A stretch of DNA of 63,040 nt, filler included, from Octopus bimaculoides (Eukaryota): NCBI RefSeq assembly GCF_001194135.2. It is 6 parts of 6 records of this genome, joined end to end, with 100 filler letters (N's around TTAATTAATTAA, not from the genome) between each part and the next. Parts side by side here need not be neighbours in the genome. Positions count along the whole stretch, not along the records: positions 42,479 to 56,148 come from NC_068985.1; positions 56,249 to 59,954 come from NW_026383184.1; positions 60,055 to 63,040 come from NC_068987.1; 3 more parts are not named here. One strand, written 5' to 3'. The translations under genes were made by a program, and so were the position numbers. Below, in pieces: positions 51,300 through 62,184 of the stretch (positions within the stretch are counted from its first letter, which is position 1; the number at the start of each line of letters is the position of its first letter). The notes under the pieces are model-generated. The model searched no databases. It was not told the DNA's origin and was given only the letters and a program-made list of their open reading frames with translations.

Positions 51300-51682
51300 T
51301 CTTTTATCTTGTTTCAGTCATTAAACTTTGGCCATGCTGGGGCATCACCTTCAAGAATTTTTAGTCAAATGAATCGACCCCCAGTATGTTTTTCTTTTTA
51401 AGCCTGGTATTTATTCTATTGATCTCTTTTGCTGAACTGCTAAGTTTCAAGCGGTTGTTCAGTAGTAGTGGAGGATAGGCACACGCACACACACACACAC
51501 ACACACACGTGCGCGAGCTCACATGATGAGCTTCTTTCAGTTTCCATCTACCAAATCCACTCACAAGGTTTTGGTTGGCCTGAGGCTATAGTAGAAAATA
51601 CTTGCCCAAGGTGCAATGCAGTGGAACTGAACCCAGAACCATGTGGTTGGGAAGCAAGCTTCTTACTACATAACCATGCTTG
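51300..51682 (-). mobile_element. SINE family A
   Basis: Tail at 51300-51350, head at 51620-51680. Confidence 0.8.
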
Positions 51683-52659
51683 CTTTTTTTTTTCTTTTTT
51701 GTTAAGACAATAACGTCTGGGATTTGAGTGGAGTTTGGCTGTTATTTCTAGACTGAATAACCATATAAGGGGCTCCTTTGTTGGCTGTTGTGTGAAGAGT
51801 GGTGTGGGGTGGTTAGGTTGTCTGTGAGGGGATGGTGTATGGGATGGAGTGCAGTGTTGGTTATTTGGGGAGAAAGTTTAAAGGTCGTGGATATGTGACA
51901 GCATCTATTTATGGGAAGTGATCCTTGCAGTGGTGGTGGTAGGGCTGGAAGTAAAGCAGTTGTAGTAGTAGTCATAGTGAGTATTGATAGGGTCTTGGTG
52001 CTGGTGATGTTGGGGTGGTGGGGAAAATGGTAATAGTGGTAGTGGTGGTAGTGGCAGATTGAAAATAATGACTGCAGTAGCAGTAGTAGTGGTAGTGGTG
52101 GTGATGGTGGTCGTGGTAGTAGTAGTAGTAGTAGTGGTGGTAGTAGTAGTAGGGTTTTGGCGAAGGTGGTGGTAGTGGTAGTTTTAGTGACCACGGTGAT
52201 GGTGGTGGTTGTGGTTGTAGTGGTGCTAGCAGGGGTGGCAACAGTGATGGTGGTGGTGTACGTTTGCCTCCATAAGATTGATTAACTCTGTATGGCTCAT
52301 TAGTTTCTAAATAGTAGTAGTAGTAATAGTAGTGGTGGTGGTGGTGCCAGGGCGCTGGCGGCGGTGGTGATGATGGTGGTAGTTTGTGGTTGCATTTATA
52401 TTGATCCTCCTCCTTACATTAGCTGTGGACTAGAATTATCTGTGAAGAGAATGATGTAGTTGACAGTGGATTATATCAAGTCCGTTTTCCCAAGTATATG
52501 ACTGGTACTGACATGGAACAACAAAAATATAACAAAACATAAAACTTTTAAAATAACAAAGCATAAAACTTTTAAAATAAAAAGGTGAAGTTGAGCCTGA
52601 TCCTCTAGTAGGATTTGAACTCAGTACAAAAATATAAGGGCATGGATGGTTAGATTAAA

Positions 52660-52891
52660 TATTGGGTTGTCCGGAAAGTTCATGCCGATTTATAGTAGCT
52701 TACCTTTCGACTTATTTGCCATGAAACCACCTCAATTCTGGGAAGGGGGTATTTTCAGGTTAAAGGAAAGATGGAGACACATTCTGCAACAAAATGGTTC
52801 ATATTTAGTTGATTAAAAATGTAATGGCAAGTATTTATTGACCTTTTTCTTGCCTTTAAAAATTGGCACGTACTTTCCGGACAATGCAATA
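52660..52891 (+). mobile_element. Internally deleted mini-mariner (MITE)
   Basis: TA-flanked TIRs TTGGGTTGTCCGGAAAGTTCATGCCGATTT / AAATTGGCACGTACTTTCCGGACAATGCAA; retains the transposase end FWEGGIFRLKERWRHILQQNGSYLVD*. Confidence 0.85.
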
Positions 52892-53159
52892 GTTTATTCC
52901 ACTAACAAACCAAGAGATTGGCAATAGGATTTGTATCATGTCTTTGGTACTCTCTAATGACTTCTGAACCATCAAGTCTTTGTTTTCTGAATTATTTTTC
53001 TGTATATTTCTCAAGTACTGGAGTCAGCACATTTGACTAAAATTCTTTAAGGTGGTGTTCCAGCATGGCTGCAGTCTAATGACTGAAGCAGATAAGAAAT
53101 AAAGACATATACATACATACATGCATACATACATGCATACATACATACATACATATATA

Positions 53160-53531
53160 GACGCAGCAGTGGCTGTATGGTAAGTAGCTTGCTTACCAGC
53201 CACATGATTCCGGGTTCAATTCCACTGTGTGGCACCTTGCCCAAGTGTCTTCTACTATAGCCTCAGGCCGACCAAAGCCTTGTGAGTGGATTTGGTAGAT
53301 GGAAACTGAAAGAAGCCCGTCATATATATATATGCATGTATATGTTTGTGTGTCTGTGTTTGTCCCCCAACGTCGCTTGACAACCGATGCTGGTTTGTTT
53401 ACATTCCTGTCACTTAACGGTTCAGCAAGAGAGACCGATAGAATAAGTACTAGGCTTACGAAGAATAAGTCTTGGGGTCGATTTGCTTGTCTAAAGGTGG
53501 TGCTCCAGCATGGCCACAGTCAAATGACTGA

Positions 53532-53537
<6 letters not shown>
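53160..53537 (+). mobile_element. SINE family A, full length (plus a tail-only piece at 53020-53103)
   Basis: GCAGCAGTGGCTGTATGGTAAG head through CAGTCAAATGACTGAAAC tail. Confidence 0.88.
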
Positions 53538-53574
<37 letters not shown>

Positions 53575-53779
53575 TACTGTTCCACGATAGTAAGATCAAC
53601 AAAAAAAGTACTCCATTTGGTGAGAGATTGATATTATTTAATAAACACAATACATGTTTTTATGTGCTATTATTAGTTTCATGTGCTGAGAACATACCAA
53701 ACTATGTTTTATAATACATCTGACATCTCAGCACAGTCATTAAGCACAACATAGATAGATAAATAGATATAGATAGATA

Positions 53780-54225
53780 GATATGTGAAGGTTGTGGCTT
53801 AGTGTTTAGGATTGTGAGTTTAATTTCCAGTGGAGAGTTGTGTCTTTGAGCAAGACATTTCATCTCATGTGGCTACATTCCATTCAGCTGGCAAAAATGA
53901 AGAGCACCTGTATTTCAAAGGACTAGCCTTGTCACATTCCATGTCACACTGAATCTCCCAGAGAACTGTGTTAAGGGTATGTATGTCTGTGGAGTGCTCA
54001 GCAGGCTGTTCCATTGTGTATCTGTATTTGTCAACCCCGACATCGCTTGACAACCGATGGTGGCGTGTTTACATTCCTGTAACATAGCGGTTTGGCAAAA
54101 GAGACCGATAGAATAAGTACTAGGCTTTCAAAGAATAAGTCCTGGGGTCGATTTGCTCAACTAAAGGCAGTACTCCAGCATGGCCGCAGTCAAATGACTG
54201 AAACAAGTAAAAGAATAAAAGAGAA
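53780..54225 (+). mobile_element. Degenerate B/D-related SINE fused to a SINE A 3' half
   Basis: GCCTTGTCACATTCC...GAGAACTGTGTTAAGGG matches family B; 54025-54225 matches the SINE A 3' body. Confidence 0.65.
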
Positions 54226-54462
54226 AGAGAGAAAAAGAGAGATATAAGAATAGGAAGGGTTTAGGTTGCTAATGATCTAAACCAACAGGTACACTGTGTA
54301 AGGGCTGTAATTGGTAATCCGTTAGGATCCAGGTTCACAACAAAGGCTAGAGCTAAGGATCCGTCGCAAGCTTCCAAGTCAGCAGGTATAAGTTAAAGGA
54401 AAAGGAAAATAAAACCAAGGCAGAACAAGCTTATCAGATCATTTAAAAGTATTTTTTTTTTA

Positions 54463-54848
54463 GGAGGTGCAATGGCCCAGTGGTTAGGGCAGCGGACTCG
54501 TGGTCATAGGATCGCGGTTTCGATTCCCAGACCAGATTTGTGAGTGTTTATTGAGCGAAAACATCTAAGGCTCCACAAGGCTCTGGCAGGGGATGGTGGC
54601 GAACCCTGCTGTACTCTTCCACCACAACTTTCTCTCACTCATACTTCTTGTTTCTGTTGTGCCTGTAATTCAAAGGGTCAGCCTTGTCACACTGTGTCAC
54701 GCTGAATATCCCCGAGAACTACGTTAAGGGTACACGTGTCTGTGGAGTGCTCAGCCACTTGCACGTTAATTTCACGAGCAGGCTGTTCCGTTGATCGGAT
54801 TAACTGGAACCCTTGATGTCGTAAGTGACGGAGTGCCAACAACAACAA
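54463..54848 (+). mobile_element. SINE family B, young full-length copy
   Basis: About 90% identical to the reverse complement of 48337-48723. Confidence 0.9.
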
Positions 54849-54978
54849 ATGTATTTTAATTAAAGTAAAGGTGAAAGAAGTAAGAGAAAGGTGAAGTAAA
54901 TAGAAGTAATTAATGTCTATTCAATTCTATTTTTCCTTACTTTCATTTAGCTTTATTTTAATTAAAATATTCAAAACA

Positions 54979-55134
54979 AGTGTGGCTGTGTGGGAAGAAG
55001 GTTGCTTCCCAACCGCATGGTTCCGGGTTCAGCCCTGCTGCATGACACCTTGGGCAAGTGTCTTCTACTATAGCCTCGGGCCAACCAAAGCCTTGTGAGT
55101 GGATCTGATAGACAGAAACTGAAAGAAGCCCATC

Positions 55135-55170
<36 letters not shown>

Positions 55171-55284
55171 ATATGTCAGCTCAGATTAGAGCCTGGTGCA
55201 GCCTTCTGGCTTGCCAGTCCTCAGTCAAAACATCCAAACCATACCAGCATAAAAAGCGGACATTAAAAGACAATGATGATGATG

Positions 55285-55286
<2 letters not shown>
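54979..55286 (+). mobile_element. SINE A head joined through (GT)n to an RTE-type 3' tail
   Basis: 54979-55135 matches SINE A; 55176-55286 matches the reverse complement of 27130-27235 and ends in (GAT)n. Confidence 0.75.
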
Positions 55287-55315
<29 letters not shown>

Positions 55316-55637
55316 AGACAAAAATGACAGTCAAGAAAATCACATCTTTAATTGGTGATTACAGAATACATTACCGCTGGTTGGTATTGTATGGTGTAAG
55401 CATCAATTAAAGATGTGATTTTCTCCATTCTTTCTCTTGTTGTCTTATAATCCAAATTTCTTGAAATTCTTCCAAGCGATATTTGGATTTACTTGTCATA
55501 CATGAAAAATTACCTTGCATTTATTGGTGTCTGATGGTTAGAAATAGTGTACCAAATTTATTTAACACTGAGTGCTTTGTAGATATTCGCCTGGATTTAA
55601 TCTCTTTTATTTCTTATGATATACATCTAAATATATA

Positions 55638-55782
55638 GGCACAGGAGTGGCTGTGTGGTAAGTATCTTGCTTACCAACCACATGGTTCATTGTTTGAGCA
55701 AGTGTCTTCTGCTATAGCTTCGGGCTGACCAAAGCCCTGTTCAGTGGATTTGGTAGATGGAAACTGAAAGAAGCTTCCGTAT
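55638..55782 (+). mobile_element. SINE family A, 5' half with internal deletion
   Basis: GGCACAGGAGTGGCTGTGTGGTAAG...GAAACTGAAAGAAGC. Confidence 0.8.
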
Positions 55783-55937
55783 ATATATATATATATAAAA
55801 TTATAATACAGGGTATCAAGAGATACCACAACGCTGAAAAAATAGCAGTCAAATCCTGACTCTAAAACCACAATAAATGTCCGCATGGCACGATTAGCGA
55901 AGACGAAGACCAAATAAAACTAGTAAAAATAAAGATA

Positions 55938-55999
55938 ATTCCAAATCCTGGATTTCTGGCTTTGCATAAATAATAATGCTCTGCCTTCATCAGTGGAAT
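55938..55999 (-). ncRNA. Minimal type I hammerhead ribozyme candidate (Penelope pseudo-LTR type)
   Basis: ATTCCA-CTGATGA-A-GGC-AGAGCATTATTATTTATGCAAA-GCC-A-GAAA-TCCAGGA-TT-TGGAAT: perfect 6-bp stem I, intact CUGAUGA and GAAA, near-palindromic stem III. Confidence 0.7.
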
Positions 56000-56249
56000 A
56001 TACTCCAGTACATAAATACAAATACATGTATATAAACAGTATACTTACATATACGGACGTATACATACATATATATGCACGTATGCACACGACTAGTTTA
56101 AATAGCCCGCCTAAACAACCTTTCGTGTGATCCGGACAGAATATCAGCNNNNNNNNNNNNNNNNNNNNNNNNNNNNNNNNNNNNNNNNNNNNTTAATTAA
56201 TTAANNNNNNNNNNNNNNNNNNNNNNNNNNNNNNNNNNNNNNNNNNNNC

Positions 56250-59200
56250 ATTGGTAATCTACTTAGGAAAAGGAAATCCCCAAAATAAAACCTGAGGCCT
56301 TGGAAGTTCCTGGTTTTGCCAATTTCCATGTCACACTGGCGAAAGTCTTCTTGGGTCAATAGGTGGAAGTAGTGCAGTGCAAGCTACACCCACTGAAAAT
56401 TATTTATCTGCACAGGTGCTTCCTGTATTCCAAATCTTGGTAAAATCATTGAATTGATTTGTTGGCAGAAACCTAAAAAGGTGCTTGTAACTTACTCTAA
56501 AATATCTCAAACAGATTCAGTAAATGGCAAAAAAGGCTTGGGAACGTCAGGGGAACAGGTCTGGCTCAGCAGGTGTTCCAGTATATCACAGGCTGGATCC
56601 AGTTGTCATCCTGCCACTGGTCAAACAATCTTCAAGAGAAAGTAAAAATAAACATCCTTTGGTTGTTGGAATGTATGCACACTTCTTGGTGATAATTTCA
56701 ATAAGAGGCCAGAAAGGCATACTGCGCTTATTGCATGTGAGCTTAAGAAATATTCCCTTGATATAGTTGCACTCTCTGAAACTCATCTCTCTGGTGAGGG
56801 TCAAGTAAATGAACCTACTTATGAATATACTATCTTTTGGAGAGGCCTACCTGAAGGTCAGCATAGAGAGTCTGGTGTTGGGTTTGCTCTCAAGAATACA
56901 TTAGTATCCTCCATTGCAAAGCTTCCAAGTGGTATATCTGAATGGATCATGTTATGCTGTATTAAACTGACAAAAGGTAGGTTTCTTACCGTTCTCAGTA
57001 TTTATGCACCAACAATGTCCCATTCTTATGAAACTGTAGGACAGTTTTATGATGATCTAGCACAATTATTGAGGAAAGTACCAATTTCTGACAAGCTGAT
57101 CATATTGGGAGATTTCAATGCAAGAGTTGGAAAAGACTATGTTTCATGGCCTGTTTTAGGTCAACATGGAATTGGAAAATGTGATAAAAATGGAGTAGCT
57201 CTTTTGACATTTTGTACTGAGAATAATCTGGTTGTCACCAACACTCTGTTAAAGCAGAACAATAAATATAAAACCACCTGGTTGCACCCAAGATCTAAGC
57301 ACTGGCATCTCATATTTTATATTCTAATCAGAAAACATATGAAAGACGTTTCTAGCGTTTGGGCCATGAGAGGGGCAGAGAACTGGACTGACCATCATCT
57401 AGTGCATGGAAAAATAAATTTTTCAATAATGCATAAAAATTGACAGTCTGGTCCTAAAGTACCCAAAAAGTTAAATGTTGCAAACTTTAAATTATCAAGC
57501 AACTTGCAAAGATTCCTTGGTGCTATAGAATATTTCAATCTTGACCCAAACAATCTATAGGAAGATTTCAAAACAAAAGCATTTCAGGCTGCAAGTCGTC
57601 AGTGGAATTTAAATCATGTAAGTCCAGTGACTGGTTCTCAGATAGATCAGCAGAAATTCATGATCTACTTTTAGAAAAACAAAACTTAGGCAATACACTT
57701 CTTCCTCAGTCCTTGAACCCCAACTCAAATGAAGCTTACAGAAAGCTGAAAAGGAAAGTGTAGATTGCTCTAAGGAAAATTAAACAGGAATGGTGGAATG
57801 ATAGAGCAAAAGGGGCACCAGATGCAGCTGATAGAAATGATGCCAAGGGTTTGTACTCTTATGTTAAGGAGGTATATGGCCCCAAATCTTCTTCAATAGT
57901 GTTGAATCTTTTCTTCAATCCAGTGAGAACAGCAAATGGACGTTTGCTTCTGACTGACACCACTTCTATTCATAAATGCTGGGTAGAACATTTTTCTGCA
58001 CTTTTGAATGAAATGAGGACAATAAAAAAAAATCGAACACCTTCCAGTTATAGAAGAGATGACATTTAAACCAACTCTAAATGACATTTATTTAGCTGTG
58101 AATAAGCTGAATAACAGTAAGTCTCCCGGGTCTGATGGAATCTGTGCAGAAGTCTTGAAATATGGGAGTGACAAAATATATTAAACATATTAATTTGTTA
58201 CTGATGGAGAGCTGAGAAAGTGGCCCAAAACTAGATTGATATAATTTTAGTCACCTTGTATAAATCGGGGCAAAAGACCTGTGTGGTAATTTTCATGGGA
58301 TTTCGCTTTTGTCTGTGGTTGGAAAGGTACTTGCCCACATTTTGTTAGAATGTTTAAATACATTTCTAGTTCCAAATATAGTGTCTGAGTTTCAGTGTGA
58401 TTTTCATTCCTCCAGGGGCACAGCTGATTGTATCTTTGTTATCAGACAATTACAAGAAAAGTGCATTGAACAGAATCTTGTTCTATACCATTGCTTTGTT
58501 GATTTGAGCAAAGCATTCGATACTGTTAATCGAAATACTCTGTGGCTAATTCTAAGGAAAATAGGTTGCCCAGAAAAATTTGTAAACATGATCAGGGCTT
58601 TGCATCAAGATATGAAAACTAGAGTTAAGTTTGGTGGTAGGCTCTCTGAATCTTTTGCCATGGAAAATGGAGTAAATCAATGAAACCTTGTTACTCCCAC
58701 CCTCTTTGCAATATACTTTGCTGTTGTGTTGTCACATGCTTTTCAAAATGTTTGTAATCTGACCAGACTGAAATTCAAAACGAAGGTTTTTACTTCACTC
58801 ATTAGGGAACTTTTGTACGCTGATGATTGCGATCTTGTCAGTCATTCTGAAACAGGTCTGCAGTCTCTTGTATCTGCATTTGACTTGGCCTGTGTTGATT
58901 TTGGCTTGACCATCAACTTGAAAAAACAGTTGTAATGTATCAACCTGCATGCGGTGCTGTTTGTAACCCCGCTAAAATTTTTGTTAAGGGTAAATTACTT
59001 GAGGTTGTTGATTCCTTCATCTACTTTGGAAGCTCTGTACAAAATGATGGAAATCTTGATACAGAAATACATCTGCGAATTCAAAGAGCATCAAAAGCAT
59101 TTGGTGGCTTGGAGTTACACTTTTGGTGCTAGCGACATATAGATAAGAATACAAAGCTGGCTCTTTGTCTTACTGTCCCTGTTGTATTCTTGTGAAACAT

Positions 59201-59954
59201 GGACTTCTTATGAAAGGCATTAACAATTTCACCAAAAATGCCTTCATCACATTTTAAACATTAAATAGAGTTCTTTTACTCCAAACACTGATGTCCTTGC
59301 ATCTGCAGGTATCACCTCAATTAAAGCTATGATTTTGAGGAACCAAATGAGATGGTGTGGCCATATTGTTCGAATGGCAGATGAATGCGTGCCAAAACAG
59401 CTGTTTTATGGTGAGCTTGCAGAGGGAAATGCTATCAGCGTAAACCTAAAAAAAGGATTAAGGACGGCGTAAAGACTACTATGAAGTCACTGGGAATGGA
59501 TCCAGAAGACATAGAAATCCTTGCTTCAGATCGAGTTGGATGGCGAACAAAAGTGTGGAGTGGAGTGAAAGCATTTGAAGAGGCATGTAAGACTCAAAAG
59601 AGATCTAAGGAAGAATGTTACGACCGAGAAAGTGAATGACAATGACCTTTTTGTGTGCACAGTTTGTGACAGACCATGCCTGTCTTTTGCTGGGCTCAAA
59701 TCTCATTTGTGAACACATGGAAAACAAACCTCCACCATTCTGCCTAAATGTCTGTGCACACCTTTGAATGCAATGTATGCCGGAAGGTTTGCAAACCTAA
59801 CGGAGGCCTCAGAAGACATAAGATCCACAAAGATCTTTGGTGATCCAAATCGGAGGTGCAATCTATGTGGGTGTCTTTTCAGAACATTGTCTGGTCTAAG
59901 AAGCCACATCAGATGTCATGATGGTGCTAAGGTGTAGGTACAGGAGGTGGTCAA
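56250..59954 (+). mobile_element. Near-full-length RTE-clade LINE: APE endonuclease, RT and C-terminal C2H2 block; pseudogenised
   Basis: VALSETHL, ESGVGFAL, SIYAPT, LGDFNARVG, WTDHHLV; KSPGSDGI, FVDLSKAFDTV, ELLYADD, GLTINLKK; three CxxC...H(x2-3)H fingers at 59656-59937. Both ends are bounded by gaps. Confidence 0.95.
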
Positions 59955-60054
59955 NNNNNNNNNNNNNNNNNNNNNNNNNNNNNNNNNNNNNNNNNNNNTT
60001 AATTAATTAANNNNNNNNNNNNNNNNNNNNNNNNNNNNNNNNNNNNNNNNNNNN

Positions 60055-60089
<35 letters not shown>

Positions 60090-60203
60090 GCATACACACA
60101 CTCACACACACTCACATATATAAACAGTTCTATATTTGAGAGATGAGGAATTATGTACATTATTAACATTTGACGGATATTTGTCCTCATCGTGTTTGTT
60201 GCT

Positions 60204-60250
60204 AACACAACGCTTCGGCTGACGTACTCTCCGGCCTTCATCAGATGTCC
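60204..60250 (-). ncRNA. Minimal hammerhead motif in a Penelope pseudo-LTR, A15.1G variant
   Basis: GGACAT-CTGATGA-A-GGC-CGGAGAGTACGTCA-GCC-GAAG-CGTT-GTGTT; canonical would be GAAACGTT. Confidence 0.65.
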
Positions 60251-60289
60251 TGGGGGAATTTCGAACCTAGGTTCCATTTTCTTACATGT

Positions 60290-60662
60290 CTAAAAAACCA
60301 CCAATAGAAGACAATATGACCAAAAGCTGTGTGTACTCCATCCCATGCACCTGTGGTAAGTTATACAAAGGCGAAACATGCCGTCCCCCTCAAAATAAGG
60401 GAAGAGGAACATTGCAAAGCTGTGACACGATGAGATATTGATAAATCGGATATGGCTGATCATGTATGGAAAAAATGGAGATTATTTCCCCCTGTGGGAT
60501 GAAGTTAAAATAATAGATAGGGAAGACTACTGGAAAATACGAAAACTAAAAGAGGCAGCACATATGCTAGGACATAATAATTGCCTAAGCAGACCTAGTG
60601 CAGATATGAGTAGCATATGGAAACCGGTATTAAGGAAGGATAGGAAAATATTAGATTTATAA
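60290..60662 (+). mobile_element. Penelope-like GIY-YIG endonuclease fragment
   Basis: CVYSIPCTCGKLYKGETCRPLKIREEEH...SDMADHVWK...WDEVKIID.E..WKIRKLKEA. Confidence 0.88.
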
Positions 60663-60746
60663 GCACTAAAATTCACTCCATAGCTCACTGCTAAAATTCA
60701 CTCAATGATTCACCCTAAAATTCACTCCACCACGCCATATGCCCAC

Positions 60747-60815
60747 GGGCATATGGCGTTGTAGTTAAGAGCGCGGGCTACTAACTTCAAGATTCCGAGT
60801 TCGATTCCAGCAGAT
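60747..60815 (+). mobile_element. Isolated tRNA-derived SINE head
   Basis: GGCATATGGCGTTGTAGTTAAGAGC (A-box-like) and GAGTTCGATTCC (B box). Confidence 0.55.
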
Positions 60816-61158
60816 CAGTTTGTTTGTCCAAAACCCGTAGTCAAATGACTGAAACAAATAAAAAAAGAAAAGAAGAGATATTGACACAGTAGATAATATT
60901 GACTGGTAGACGGACTGGTAGATCAACACTAAGATGTTGCCTGAATAGATAGAAATAGTATGTAGATACTGATAGATGTGTTAGATAAGCACAAAGTGTA
61001 AATATTGACTGGTTATATTATTACAATATATAGATATTCTCTGTGTAAATAGGCACCGTAGGTATTCACTAAATAGAGAGGCAGTGTTTAGATATTGACT
61101 GTATTGTGTAGAAGTTTGCTGGATAGATAGATACATTGTATATGTTGATTGTATAGAT

Positions 61159-62184
61159 TAGTAATTCTCAGCTTGTGTCTATGTAGTCCCTTATGGTCCA
61201 TTCAAGATTTAATAGGTGGGTGTTCACGCAACAAAATAGCAAGTTGGGGATCCACAACAGTATTTTAAGAGCCCTGAAAAAATTTTGATTTAGATATATT
61301 TATTGGTATGTATTGCAAGAAACAGTTAGGTTTCTGTCTTTAATACGTTATATATAGTTCAATCTACACGCGTTAATGTGTGGAAAACAAAATTGGAATT
61401 TTGAAAGAAACGTCTCAATAACTAGCTTTTAAACATCAAATGGCCATGCGGATCCATCAGAATAAAATAATAATCAAAGTGGTCCATAGATAAAAAATTG
61501 GTTGAGAACATGTGGGACCTCGCTTGGCCCTACCTGAGATTCAAAAGTGAATCTGTAAATTCTCCCTAGTCATACGGCCTATTGTTCTGTCAAGGAGGAC
61601 TCTTAACCTTTTCTAGGCCATGAAAAGTTGAAATAGATAGAGTGGGCTACATTAATCTAGCCATTGCTAGAACGGTACATCCATTTTCTTAGCTAGTCTG
61701 CACAATTATATATACTAGAATTCTGTTAGGGACAGTCAGTGATTGAGGGCGGCCAACAGGGAGTAGGTCTGACCGGCTCGACCGAAACGCCATCTCGACT
61801 GAAATAACGTCATAGAAGGACAGCTATAGAATCCACCAGCGATACAGTCATACTGTCCACCACTCTCTCTTACCTTTCTCACTCACTCACTCACTCACTT
61901 TCGTTTCAACAACATTATTTAATCAATTTAGTTACTGTTGTTACAACGGCAAGGAACATGGGAATATATAACTTCAATACCATCTACCCTTTTACAAGAA
62001 AATATAACTCTAGTTAGTTCATATACTTTCTGACTGTTTTTATACACATCTTCTCGTCGTGATTTGGCTTAAGTTATATGTAAACATGTTATCTACAACT
62101 TCGTCCACTGTCTTTCTTTCCTGGAGTCAGCATCAACATCATCATTTTCACCTTCAACATAACCACTCTCGTTACAAACCCCTG
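61159..62184. mobile_element. hAT (Charlie-like) MITE of about 356 bp, interrupted by a solo LTR
   Basis: Removing the LTR reconstitutes right TIR GGTTGAGAACCCCTG; left TIR TAGTAATTCTCAGCT is degenerate; 8-bp TSD GTATAGAT (61151-61158) / GTGTAGAT (62185-62192). Confidence 0.75.
61511..62176. mobile_element. 666-bp solo LTR (Gypsy-like by TSD length)
   Basis: TGT...ACA termini; 4-bp flanks AACA / AACC; sits inside the hAT right TIR. Confidence 0.7.

Noticed and set aside
51748-52400. Pro/Thr/His-rich ORFs and Gly/Asp-rich ORFs at 50724-50999 and 6834-7043
   Set aside because: Derived from GGT/GTA/GAT trinucleotide low-complexity tracts.
54289-54385. 97-nt AG...GT-bounded open segment (VHCVRAVIGNPLGSRFTTKARAKDPSQASKSA) as an exon
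   Set aside because: No polypyrimidine tract, no recognisable protein similarity; expected by chance without RNA evidence.
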